Source of the DNA: an uncultured Hyphomicrobiales bacterium
GTDB lineage: Bacteria > Bacteroidota > Ignavibacteria > Kapaibacteriales > UBA2268
DNA: 64,000 bases
NCBI GenBank assembly: GCA_964462685.1
Contig: CAYWYR010000016.1
Coordinates: 14,174 to 78,173, forward strand
Direction of reading: 5' to 3'
Of this stretch, positions 50,418 to 60,163 are shown one piece after another. Below the pieces are notes generated by a model. That model had not been told where the DNA came from. It did not search any database and was given only the letters and a program-made list of their open reading frames with translations. The translations under genes were made by a program, and so were the position numbers. The first letter of the stretch is position 1; each line of letters opens with the position of its first letter.

Positions 50418-50452
50418 CTATGTAAACAATAGTATTTAAAGGCCTTAAAATA

Positions 50453-52354
50453 ATGTATATAAAGATTTTCGCAGCTTTTATCGGAACTATACTTGTATTT
50501 CAATCAAACCTGATTTCTCAGGATAATAGGTTTCTTATATATTCTGCTGACAAAGAAACGGAACAAGAATATATTAATCATATCTGGGATTATGGCTTTG
50601 AAGAAGACGGCGAAGCTTATGTAGCTTTGCAGCGGATAATCGAACAGCCTATCATAGACAAAAATTATCAGCAGGCTATCCAGAAGATAGAAGAATACCG
50701 AGTTGATATGGCTGAATCATATCATCCGAAACTTGACGAACTGACCGTGCTATTGAAAGTACCTTTAGAGAATTTAAAAAGTAGCAATTTCGGTGATTAT
50801 ATAAACTCCCAGGGTTCCGAATACTCTCCTATGCCCTCGGCAGATGGCAAAAAACTTTACTTTACAGGAATAGACAGAACGCCAGAAAACACTAGCGAAG
50901 ATATATTTGTATCTGAATTGCGAGGCGGGCAGTGGAGTGCGGCAAACAGAATAACCGGGAGCCTGAACACCCCAACTAAAAACGAGGCTCCACAAGCCAT
51001 AAGCGTGGACGGGAATACGATAGTACTGTTCGGCGCATTTGAAAAGAACTATTTCGGTAAGGGTGATATTTATTACAGCGACAGGACTCTTTTAGGGTGG
51101 GGTGAGCCGCAGCACTTTCCCGCACCTATCAATTCCGAACATTACGATGTTGACGCCAAATATACAGCCGATAGGAAACATCTGATATTTACTTCAGACA
51201 GGCCTGGCGGCATTGGCGAATACAAACCTCGTGGTGAGTACTTCAACGGCTCTCTTCACGGTAATACTGATATCTATGTAGCATCGTTTGCTGATGATGG
51301 CAGTGTAGATACAGTAGTAAACTTAGGTAATGTAATCAATACTCCTTTTGCAGAAAGAAAACCTTTTCTTCACCCCGACGGTAAAACTCTATATTTCAGC
51401 TCTGATGGGCATGCCGGCATAGGCAGACTGGATCTTTTTGTATCTAAAAGACTAAGTGAGGACAGTTGGACAGAATGGAGCAAGCCTATAAATATGGGAA
51501 AAGAAATCAATTCTCCGTTCGATGAATCCGGTGCTGTGGTAACAACATTTGGTGATCTCGCATATTTCGCCTCCCAGGAAAGGGATATCAACTACGGAAA
51601 ATCAGATATTTATTCGATAGAAATTCCGGATGCATTAAAGCCCGAACCTGTTGCGGGTATCTCTGGTAATGTAGAAGACATAAACGGGTTCCCTTTGGGA
51701 GCTAAGATTATATGGGAGGACTTAGAGACTGGGGAGACTATCGGAGAAGCGATTTCCGACCCCAGTACAGGTGAGTTTTATCTTGTACTGGAACTCGGTA
51801 AAAATTATGGGATCATAGCCGAAAAAGAAGGTTACTTCCCTATCTCTAACAATATTAACCTGAAGGATGCAGACAAAAGCAAACAGATAGATCTTAAGCT
51901 CGAGATGCAATCAATAGATGAACTTTTCGGGGATGATCTGGAAACAACAGGAACAAACTCATTGATTTATGACGCATTCAATCTAAAAAGGCCTACTACC
52001 ATTAGGATGAATAATCTGTTCTTTGCATATAATGAGTCCACTATCCTTAAAGAATCACATAGCGAGCTTGATCGTGCCGCTTACCTGCTTAACAATTATC
52101 CGATCAAAAAAGTTAATATTGAAGGGCATACCGACAGCATAGGGGGAGCTTCCTACAATAAGAAGCTTTCCGAAGAACGGGCAAAGTCCGTAGTTATTTA
52201 CCTAGCTGAGAAAGGTGTGCCCAAGACTATGATGTCCGCCGTGGGTTATGGTATGGAAAGGCCAGTAGCACCCAATGATACTGATGAAAACCGGCAAAAA
52301 AACAGACGCGTAGAATTACAAATCGAGAAAGGAACACTACCAGGCAAAAACTAA
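50453..52354 (+). CDS. OmpA-family protein with PD40/WD40-like propeller (PorE-like architecture)
   Basis: Repeated P..SADGK.LYF and PFLHPDGKTLYFSSDGH; IEGHTDSIG...LSEERA...NRRVE. Confidence 0.9.
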   Translation: MYIKIFAAFIGTILVFQSNLISQDNRFLIYSADKETEQEYINHIWDYGFEEDGEAYVALQRIIEQPIIDKNYQQAIQKIEEYRVDMAESYHPKLDELTVLLKVPLENLKSSNFGDYINSQGSEYSPMPSADGKKLYFTGIDRTPENTSEDIFVSELRGGQWSAANRITGSLNTPTKNEAPQAISVDGNTIVLFGAFEKNYFGKGDIYYSDRTLLGWGEPQHFPAPINSEHYDVDAKYTADRKHLIFTSDRPGGIGEYKPRGEYFNGSLHGNTDIYVASFADDGSVDTVVNLGNVINTPFAERKPFLHPDGKTLYFSSDGHAGIGRLDLFVSKRLSEDSWTEWSKPINMGKEINSPFDESGAVVTTFGDLAYFASQERDINYGKSDIYSIEIPDALKPEPVAGISGNVEDINGFPLGAKIIWEDLETGETIGEAISDPSTGEFYLVLELGKNYGIIAEKEGYFPISNNINLKDADKSKQIDLKLEMQSIDELFGDDLETTGTNSLIYDAFNLKRPTTIRMNNLFFAYNESTILKESHSELDRAAYLLNNYPIKKVNIEGHTDSIGGASYNKKLSEERAKSVVIYLAEKGVPKTMMSAVGYGMERPVAPNDTDENRQKNRRVELQIEKGTLPGKN

Positions 52355-52394
52355 TCTGGTACAAGTAATAAAACTATATCAGGCTTACTGAGAT

Positions 52395-53789
52395 ATGCTA
52401 AGAAAAATCATAGCTTTCGTTATCCTAGTGATGATGCTTTCATCCTGCCAGTTAATAAGCGATTATGTAGAACAGTTTTTGACTGATAAAATAATGGAGG
52501 CCGTAACGGCAGATCAGCCCCCGCCACCAGGTTATGACCCTAACTTTATCTCTAAGATTGAGCCAATATCATCAAACGATATAGAAGACCCTTCTATCGA
52601 GATATCCAGAATAGATGATAGCGATCCGAATAATATCAAAATGTATGTTCACCTGATCGACAATAACCAAACCTATCTGACAGGTGCTGCTGAAGGCAGT
52701 TTCAAAGATATATGGTGTACTGTATATGATACAACCGATACAGGCGAAATCACAGTTAAAGATCTTAAGATAACAGAGCGTACATCCGACGATAAACCGC
52801 CGCTCAGTACAACGATAGTGATGGATCTGTCCGGTTCCATGGGTAACCCGAGGGCTAAACGTATGCAGCAGGGAGTAAAAGATTTTATCGAGAAAAAAGA
52901 CAGCCAAGACAGAATAGGCCTTGTGCGGTATGATAACAAAATAGACAAACAACTATCGCCTACCTCAAATAAAAGTACGATTCTGAATAACCACCAGATT
53001 GTTGGACTTGATGGGTTTGGTGGCGGTACGGAAACACTTTTGGCAATCGATGCTGGGCTTGATATCACAGAGAGCGAGGAAGACGACCGCTACAAATCAA
53101 TAATTGTATTTACAGACGGTCAGAGTAATTATACCCAAGGCAAGATGGACGATATCATAAAGCGGGCAAGAGACAAAAAAGTGATTATCAACACCGTTGA
53201 TTATGGCTATAATGTTGTGGAAGGCAAGCTAGAGTACATAGCAAATGAAACAAGCGGCATCTACCATCATATCTACACACAAGATGAGTTTGAACCTCTT
53301 TTCGCTGATCTTTATAATAGGATCAAAAACAGCTATGTGATCGAATATTCACCTTCAGCCTACGGCAAACACAATATCGGGCTTGAATTATGCTTAAAGG
53401 ATCAAAATATTATCGCGACAGCGGAATTCGACAACACACCAAAGGCCGGGGAGATATCCCTTTTGGATGTCAACTTTGATACCGCTAAATCTTTATTAAA
53501 ACCTACAGAAGAAATCAAAGTAAAGAATCTACTGCTGCTTATGGAAGCGAATCCGGATATGGAGATAGAACTACAAGGCCACACTGACGACAGAGGTGAT
53601 GATCAGATGAATATGAGTCTATCCCAGGATAGAGCCGATTCGGTTAAAGATTATCTAATAAAAAATGGCATATCTTCTGATAGGATAACTGCGATAGGCT
53701 ACGGCGAAACTCAACCGATAGCCAGCAATAATACAGAGATAGGCCGTGCTAAAAACCGGCGTACACAGTTTAAGGTTACAAAAAAATGA
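52395..53789 (+). CDS. Lipoprotein with vWA (MIDAS) and OmpA domains
   Basis: Lipobox LSSC; DLSGSM and FTDG; QGHTDDRG...LSQDRA...NRRTQF. Confidence 0.88.
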   Translation: MLRKIIAFVILVMMLSSCQLISDYVEQFLTDKIMEAVTADQPPPPGYDPNFISKIEPISSNDIEDPSIEISRIDDSDPNNIKMYVHLIDNNQTYLTGAAEGSFKDIWCTVYDTTDTGEITVKDLKITERTSDDKPPLSTTIVMDLSGSMGNPRAKRMQQGVKDFIEKKDSQDRIGLVRYDNKIDKQLSPTSNKSTILNNHQIVGLDGFGGGTETLLAIDAGLDITESEEDDRYKSIIVFTDGQSNYTQGKMDDIIKRARDKKVIINTVDYGYNVVEGKLEYIANETSGIYHHIYTQDEFEPLFADLYNRIKNSYVIEYSPSAYGKHNIGLELCLKDQNIIATAEFDNTPKAGEISLLDVNFDTAKSLLKPTEEIKVKNLLLLMEANPDMEIELQGHTDDRGDDQMNMSLSQDRADSVKDYLIKNGISSDRITAIGYGETQPIASNNTEIGRAKNRRTQFKVTKK

Positions 53790-54313
53790 TTCTTTCCGGT
53801 AGGAAAATAAAGGAGTCCATAGGCAAAGATATTTTTATCGAACCCTTTGACCCCGAACTGATAAACCCAAACAGCTATAATTTAAGGCTGCACAATGAGC
53901 TTATGGTTTACAAAAACAATGAGCTTGATATGAAACAGCCAAATGACGTAGAAAGTCTGATAATACCCGAGGAAGGGCTGCTGCTGGAAACAGGCAAGCT
54001 TTATCTAGGCAGAACTGTAGAACATACCGCAACCGACAGATATGTGCCGATGCTGGAGGGCCGGTCATCAATAGGTAGATTAGGCTTATTTATACATGTA
54101 ACAGCTGGTTTCGGTGATGTAGGCTTTTCCGGTTTCTGGACTCTTGAGATATTCTGCATTCAGCCGATCAGGATTTATCCGAATGTGGAAATCTGCCAGA
54201 TTTATTATCATGATATTCTCGGTGAATACGATATCTATAAATCAGGTAAGTACCAGAACAACCAAGGCATACAACCATCACTTCTATATAAGGACTTCGA
54301 GAAAAAATCTTGA
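53786..54313 (+). CDS. dcd: dCTP deaminase
   Basis: MILSG, NPNSYNLRL, EGRSSIGRLG, AGFGDVGF and GKYQ. Confidence 0.93.
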   Translation: MILSGRKIKESIGKDIFIEPFDPELINPNSYNLRLHNELMVYKNNELDMKQPNDVESLIIPEEGLLLETGKLYLGRTVEHTATDRYVPMLEGRSSIGRLGLFIHVTAGFGDVGFSGFWTLEIFCIQPIRIYPNVEICQIYYHDILGEYDIYKSGKYQNNQGIQPSLLYKDFEKKS

Positions 54314-55950
54314 CTTCTATATTACAAAGAATTCTTACCCAGACCCGAGCCATCTTCTTGCTTGGGTTTTTGTTATGTACCGTTTCCGCCTTGCCGCAGA
54401 ATAAAAATGAAATCTACATAGAAAGCATAATGATTGAAAGCCGTGATGTATTCACAGCTGAGGATAGCAGCGGCTTTATAGGTGATGCGGCGAACTCCAT
54501 CCATTTTACCACTCGCGAATATCTTATACTCGACCTGATAAGCCTGGAGGAGGGCGATTACAATAAGATAGACCGCCTGTTGGAATCCGAAAGGATACTA
54601 AGAAATACCGGGCTGTTTACTTACGTAGCAATAGAGCTTGATGAGAATACCGACGGCACTTTCACGGCTTATATCGTAACCCAAGATAGATTCACGCTTG
54701 AGCCCGCAGTGCTTTTCGGTTTTGGGGGCGGAGTAGAAAATATCGGCGGTAGGCTAGCGGAATATAATTTACTCGGTACTGGTACTACCCTATCGGCCGA
54801 AGCCCTATATACTACAGAAAACGACATCGGTCTCGGTGGGGGTGCCTCGCTGTTTATTCCTAACTTCCTGAGAACCCTCGGTAATCTGAGCGCATCGATC
54901 AGCTCCAATGATGTGCTTACCTCCCAGAATCTTTCTTTTGTTTACCCATATCTGTATCTGGAAGAAGGCAACAGCTTTGGGGTAAGTGGATTTCGCTCGT
55001 TTGGCGAGGCTTTTTATTACTTTAGGGAAGATGGTTTGTTTGAGCTGGCACCCGCCAATGTCAATAATCTAAAAGCATTCTACTCCCGAGCGCTAGAAAG
55101 AGAGTCCATGGTGTATGTTACAGCTCTTGCTGAACTCAACTATGCGGATCGTGGGGATGACAGATTTGAAAGGATAATGGATAATTCAGGTTCATTTCTC
55201 GTATCATTTTCATCTTCATCCAAAGATTTTACTACGATAGATAAAGCCGACTACTACCAAACACAGGACCTACAGCTCGGCGGCTATGGCGAGGCAATGA
55301 TAGGTAGAGTATTCTCACTGGGTAACGGAGGTGATAATTTCTACTATATATCCGCAACAGGGGAGCAAAGCTACTATGACGGACAAAACTATCTTTTTGG
55401 ACAGGTAGGGGGCGGCTCAGGCTTCAATAGAGGCAATCCCCGATATACATTCCAACAGTCGGCCGGTAAAGCATTCAGGAGAGAAGGTGATTTTATCTTC
55501 GCCACAAGTTTTCTGCAGCAAACCGCATGGAACTGGCCAGCACAAAGGCAACTTGTGATGGATTTCCAATCTGGACTCCGCGGGTACGACGCAAATCAGT
55601 TCGCAGGGGATAACCGCATAATCAGCAATACAGAAGTTCGGTGGATGCCGGATATTGATTTCTGGATATTCAATATCGGGGCGGCAGCCTTTTTTGATAT
55701 CGGTACAACATGGGAAACAGGAGAGCCGCTATCGGCTACCCAATGGAAACAGGGGGCTGGTTTAGGGATAAGGCTTTTCAACGAAAAATCAGCCGGGATA
55801 AACTCTATACTAAGAGTAGATGCGGCTTGGAATTTTGAGACCGACTCGTTCGGAGGAATAATAATAACAACCGGACACTCATTCGATCTATTCCAGAACC
55901 ACCCTTATAGATTGCCTGATATTATGGGCCGCCAGTTCGATAATTTTTGA
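54310..55950 (+). CDS. Omp85/BamA-TamA family outer-membrane protein (single POTRA-like domain)
   Basis: ESERILRNTGLF, GRLAEYNLLGTG, GLRGY, FFDIG and GLGIR...LRVDAAW. Confidence 0.8.
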   Translation: MTSILQRILTQTRAIFLLGFLLCTVSALPQNKNEIYIESIMIESRDVFTAEDSSGFIGDAANSIHFTTREYLILDLISLEEGDYNKIDRLLESERILRNTGLFTYVAIELDENTDGTFTAYIVTQDRFTLEPAVLFGFGGGVENIGGRLAEYNLLGTGTTLSAEALYTTENDIGLGGGASLFIPNFLRTLGNLSASISSNDVLTSQNLSFVYPYLYLEEGNSFGVSGFRSFGEAFYYFREDGLFELAPANVNNLKAFYSRALERESMVYVTALAELNYADRGDDRFERIMDNSGSFLVSFSSSSKDFTTIDKADYYQTQDLQLGGYGEAMIGRVFSLGNGGDNFYYISATGEQSYYDGQNYLFGQVGGGSGFNRGNPRYTFQQSAGKAFRREGDFIFATSFLQQTAWNWPAQRQLVMDFQSGLRGYDANQFAGDNRIISNTEVRWMPDIDFWIFNIGAAAFFDIGTTWETGEPLSATQWKQGAGLGIRLFNEKSAGINSILRVDAAWNFETDSFGGIIITTGHSFDLFQNHPYRLPDIMGRQFDNF

Positions 55951-56027
55951 TTGGTAGCATTGTAGGGCATTCATGTGCCGTAACCCATGAAGTTTTTATC
56001 TCCGTACACTTCGTCGTCATTTTCGTG

Positions 56028-56138
56028 GGAGCCGAACCCATGGCAATAGGCATCGCTGCAAGTTTAAGTGTAAAATCAATATACATCTACACCCCATCCT
56101 AAATCCTTCCCCTCAATGGAAGGACTTTTAAGAGAGAA
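56028..56138. repeat. 111-bp direct repeat, copy 1 (contains a REP-like hairpin)
   Basis: 105/111 identical to 56776-56886; internal TCCTTCC-cctcaat-GGAAGGA. Confidence 0.92.
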
Positions 56139-56226
56139 AGTCACGCGCACGTTCCCTAGGTGGTCCTTGATTTCGTAGGTCTTTCTCTTTTGCTGTGCGG
56201 TGCGATTTTAATTTTTTTTGGTTTTA

Positions 56227-56445
56227 CTATTTGAGTTTCAGAAAGTCTGTGAAATCTATTCCGCTTTTTCTGATCTGAGATTTAAGAAGGTGAGGCGATA
56301 ATTCTTTATGGTTTGGTATGGATAAAGTAGGTTTAGAGTTATGTGAAAGTATAATATGGCTACCCTTCTGTCTTGACACTGAATATCCGAACTGAAGAAA
56401 AATTTTAACAGCTTTTGCACCGGAGATATTATTAAAATCCCCCAT
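56227..56445 (-). CDS. hicA: HicA-family mRNA interferase toxin
   Basis: RQKGSHIIL and IPNHKEL; 72 aa, basic. Confidence 0.9.
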   Translation of the reverse strand: MGDFNNISGAKAVKIFLQFGYSVSRQKGSHIILSHNSKPTLSIPNHKELSPHLLKSQIRKSGIDFTDFLKLK

Positions 56446-56666
56446 TAAATTGTCAGGTCGCCTATAAACATATCACTTATATTAGCTCGTTCGTTTGTAC
56501 GTCCAAGCCCATTTTCAACTTCAAGCCAAAGAATTATCGCCTCTTTTATATTTGCCATAGCTTCGTCCAATGTTTTACCTTGCGACATACAGCCATATAA
56601 CTCAGGAACGTCCACAACATAGCCGTCATACTCTATATCATGGGTTATTACAACTTTATAATTCAT
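56445..56666 (-). CDS. hicB: HicB-family antitoxin (short, no DNA-binding domain)
   Basis: GYVVDVPELYGCMSQGKTLDEAMANIKEAI; stop overlaps the hicA start (TAATG). Confidence 0.9.
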   Translation of the reverse strand: MNYKVVITHDIEYDGYVVDVPELYGCMSQGKTLDEAMANIKEAIILWLEVENGLGRTNERANISDMFIGDLTI

Positions 56667-56775
56667 ATTTTGCCCTCATAGAATAATCTACGGTATTGAC
56701 TAATCATTGTTATCAAGATTGACTAATACACATTTGTTAGGGACATTAAAACATACCGAGCATCTCCATACCGAA

Positions 56776-56886
56776 GGAGCCGATGCCATGGCAATAGACA
56801 TCGCTGCGAGTATAAGTGTAAAATCAATATACATCTACACCCCATCCTAAATCCTTCCCCTCAGTGGAAGGACTTTTAAGAGAGAA
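56776..56886. repeat. 111-bp direct repeat, copy 2
   Basis: 105/111 identical to 56028-56138. Confidence 0.92.
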
Positions 56887-56912
56887 CGGTATACGGAATC
56901 CTGAGCTGCGTC

Positions 56913-58814
56913 TTAGTCTGCACTGTCTTCGCAGAGTAGTATTATCTTATCGCCATCTGCAAAGAATATTTCGTTGGATTTATCAGGGTTTACAACAACA
57001 CCGTGCGCCAACATCAACTCGCTGTTAACTATTTTCTTATGGTTTCTGACTTTATAGCCGATTGCTATCTCGTCTTTTTGGCGGGCGGCCTCGACAACTG
57101 TATAGAAGTTGATGGCTTTTCCCATCTGAACATAGTCCTTAGCATCTCTAATATAAATTGAGGGGCCACCAGAGGAAAAAATCGTATCAAATATTTCCTT
57201 TAATTCACGATTCTCCGCAATTTGGGTAAGCATAAGGGAGTCCAGCTTTACCGATACTATAAAATCATCGGTATGCGTTATTTCGGCGAGCTCTCTGTTG
57301 CGGTCGTCCAGCATTTCCGAAACTATAGAGAAGGTATTGGGATTGTTATCGGCAATATCCCTTATGTGTAGAAGTGTGGATAGCGTCTTGGCATCGGAGC
57401 TCTGTACCCCGAATACTTCCTCTTGGCTGAGTACGATAATGTGGTCATACCCAGGAAGATCAACGGTATCAAGAATATCCCTGCTTGCCGTATCCCCATA
57501 GTACATTTTGATCGTCGAGTTTTTCAGGTTGGCGCATTTAGCCTTTATCTCCTCTTCCGTATTCGGTTGATGTGAAAGCACATCGATTGAACTGCCCGGG
57601 ACAACATATTTATCCAGCTCATTAACAATAAGGTTGGCACGCCTGTTCCATCCTATAATCATTGTTTTTTCGGGCAGGGTATCTTCCGGAACTGGGTTTG
57701 TTTGGATTGCCAGACTATCTATTCCATAGCTTTTCCTACCTGATAAAATAACTGTATCGTCATCCTCTGAGATCGCGATTATCATATCACCCTGAGCAAC
57801 AAACATCTCCATCGGTGGCTTGATTAGTATCTCCCCATCAGCACGGCGAAGGCCTATTACAGTACTTGTCTCATAAGAAAACATAGCTTCTACAAAGGGC
57901 TTACCTATCAGCTTCGGTTCTGGCTGAAAGTATATCTCATCACCGGAAAAGTCTAGTAGTTCAGTAAAAACAACCGATAACCCTGGCTGACGGCATGTCT
58001 GGGCTGTTATACGTGAGATAAGATTGTCAAAGACAACAAGCTCTACTTCATCCTTACCCGCTATTTTCGCTATCGATACATTTCGCGGATCCCTTACTTC
58101 AGCAACTACATGATATTTCTTTTGTTCCGGTGGTAGCCTGTAAGGGTTATTGGTGATGGCAAGTATCATCTTGATAACCTGCGAGTCTGCATCCTCAGAT
58201 TCCGGAGCGGTTATAATTATTGACTTTGCCGAATCCAGATTCGCAATTTTGAGATCCTGCACATCAATAGGGTCACCTGAGCGGCAAATAATCTTCGTAA
58301 CTCCTGTATCAGTAACATGGGTTTTAATAGCTTCCTCCATCTTCACCTTGTCCTCATTGGCCAGCACCAGAATAACACCTTTTTTCTGGTTAGCGTTAGC
58401 AATACAAAGCTCTTCAATGATAGGAAATACCTGAAACGACCACCCGAGAATAACTGTATGCCCTTCCTCCATTACAATGCTTCGGCCTTTCCGAAGCTCT
58501 GCCAGCTTGTTCATCACCCCGCTGTTGATAATCGCTATAAGGACTGATACTACAAATAGCCCCAGAAATGTAGCTAAAATATAAGGGATTATAGAGGGCA
58601 GGTCAGGATTATCTTCCGATACTACACCAGGATCGAGAAGCCTTAGTACGGTATTATAAAAGCTGCCGAAAAAAGTGGAATCAGGTGTAAACGCGTGTAA
58701 AATTACAGCTAGGATAAGAATAGACAGAACGCTTAATATAACAAGTAATAGTAGCGGTGCCAGTGTCCCCCGTGACATCAAGTCATCGAAAATGTACTTT
58801 GTTCTTCTTTTCAA
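56913..58814 (-). CDS. CASTOR/POLLUX(DMI1)-related cation channel with tandem RCK domains
   Basis: LLDPG filter region; GHTVILGW, ICRSGDP, QTCRQPGLSVVFTELLDFSGDEIY and DAKTLSTLLHIRDI. Confidence 0.85.
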   Translation of the reverse strand: MKRRTKYIFDDLMSRGTLAPLLLLVILSVLSILILAVILHAFTPDSTFFGSFYNTVLRLLDPGVVSEDNPDLPSIIPYILATFLGLFVVSVLIAIINSGVMNKLAELRKGRSIVMEEGHTVILGWSFQVFPIIEELCIANANQKKGVILVLANEDKVKMEEAIKTHVTDTGVTKIICRSGDPIDVQDLKIANLDSAKSIIITAPESEDADSQVIKMILAITNNPYRLPPEQKKYHVVAEVRDPRNVSIAKIAGKDEVELVVFDNLISRITAQTCRQPGLSVVFTELLDFSGDEIYFQPEPKLIGKPFVEAMFSYETSTVIGLRRADGEILIKPPMEMFVAQGDMIIAISEDDDTVILSGRKSYGIDSLAIQTNPVPEDTLPEKTMIIGWNRRANLIVNELDKYVVPGSSIDVLSHQPNTEEEIKAKCANLKNSTIKMYYGDTASRDILDTVDLPGYDHIIVLSQEEVFGVQSSDAKTLSTLLHIRDIADNNPNTFSIVSEMLDDRNRELAEITHTDDFIVSVKLDSLMLTQIAENRELKEIFDTIFSSGGPSIYIRDAKDYVQMGKAINFYTVVEAARQKDEIAIGYKVRNHKKIVNSELMLAHGVVVNPDKSNEIFFADGDKIILLCEDSAD

Positions 58815-59036
58815 ATTTTTTAGGCGTTATGTAAAAAAGTTAAACGTGTAATGATAATATAAAGCAATTTCTTTGCCATACATTTGTTGATAATTGAAAA
58901 GCTATCTTCTTCAGAGTAGGTTACCACTACCTTCTTGGTGAAAGCATATTGTAAATAGCATTTCAAAGTTAACAGAACATCTATTGGTAAGATAGAAAAC
59001 TATTTCGATTCAGATACTCAGGAATGAAAGACTATA

Positions 59037-59177
59037 GGAAGGGGGGAATCCAGACTCAAGAACCTGCCTAGACTAGGGGTGAGAACTTGCAACGGTCTAA
59101 TTATTACGACCGGTCATCCTCGCCCCAAATTCGTAGCTGTTGGCCGTGACTTTTAGCTTGTTATCCTTTTCCATCCC
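59037..59177 (-). ncRNA. ssrS: Probable 6S RNA (short, Bacteroidota/Chlorobi-like)
   Basis: Rod-like fold: GGGGCGAGGA pairs with TTCTCACCCC, CGGTC with GACCG; GCCAACA on the 5' side and CAGGTTC on the 3' side; TATATTAG just upstream. Ends are approximate. Confidence 0.55.
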
Positions 59178-59372
59178 GCCTAATATAATTTTAAAGGCTG
59201 TAGGGGTAGCTTTCGCTGCTGATCTTGCTTTTCCCTAAGTTTTGCATATGGCTATGGTCTAAAATATATTTGTGAGGTAGATAACATGGAATACCGTGAG
59301 CGTTGCCATTCTGAATGATAGATATTCAGTTTGATAATTTTGATTGAACTATCTTTTAACTTGTTTATATAT

Positions 59373-59406
59373 AAAAAAGCCCACTCAATTAACATCTAGT
59401 GGGCTT
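59373..59406 (-). terminator. Rho-independent terminator after the orphan pair
   Basis: Minus strand AAGCCCACT...AGTGGGCTT followed by a T-run. Confidence 0.7.
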
Positions 59407-59437
59407 CAGTTTTTTAGCATTCAAGCTTTGATAAGAT

Positions 59438-60163
59438 TTAGTTATTAGGCCTCACAAAGTGAGTTACAACCCCAGTTAAATCTGGGGAACTATACCTGAA
59501 TCCGACTAGCAAATCATTCCTATCCGAATCTCTGATAAGCTCTAATTTGTATATACCGTCATCATGGTAAGTATCATATATTAGTTCTGAAGGCAAGTAA
59601 CTAGATGAAAAGTTATTTGTATCATCAAAAGGCACTATATGGACTTCTTTTCCAGAAATAAAATCTGTACCTTTATCCAAATCGTATGAATGGCTGGTAT
59701 TGAGACTATCATTTACTTCATCAACTATATCTTTTTCCCGCTGTACCTCACTTGTTGTTAAGGTGTCTATTTGAGAATGAATATTATCAAAATAAATAAT
59801 ACCTTTAACTGCATTACTATCCTTTTCGTATAGTTCTAAAAGAGCAGAAAAATTCATTATAACAGTATCAGTTGGATTTTTGTGAGTAATGTATTTATAA
59901 TCAAGTGAATCATAACTAACATACTGCTTACCAACATTAAAATTACTAGTAGGTTCTTTAATACCGCCTGCAACAACAAAATGATAGCTGCCAACTCCCA
60001 TAGCTACATAGTTGTTTTTAGCGCTATCAGGCATAAATGTAATGCTCTGAAAATCTACAGAACTACTCGTATAATTATAATTTTCATTATAAACAGTTAG
60101 GAATTCTACAGCTTTAAGCTGAATTGAAACTGTAAGTACTAAAATTGCAATAATCGATTTCAT
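59438..60163 (-). CDS. Hypothetical secreted protein (AT-rich)
   Basis: Signal peptide MKSIIAILVLTVSIQLKA; GGAGG SD; no motif recognised. Confidence 0.65.
   Translation of the reverse strand: MKSIIAILVLTVSIQLKAVEFLTVYNENYNYTSSSVDFQSITFMPDSAKNNYVAMGVGSYHFVVAGGIKEPTSNFNVGKQYVSYDSLDYKYITHKNPTDTVIMNFSALLELYEKDSNAVKGIIYFDNIHSQIDTLTTSEVQREKDIVDEVNDSLNTSHSYDLDKGTDFISGKEVHIVPFDDTNNFSSSYLPSELIYDTYHDDGIYKLELIRDSDRNDLLVGFRYSSPDLTGVVTHFVRPNN

Noticed and set aside
56028-56886. CRISPR array or IS element
   Set aside because: Only two long direct repeats, with no spacers, cas genes, transposase or terminal inverted repeats.
59041-59070. Cobalamin riboswitch (AACCTGCC resembles the B12-box end) or tmRNA end
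   Set aside because: No recognisable riboswitch core, no correctly oriented downstream gene and no tRNA-like ends; the 6S-like rod fits better.
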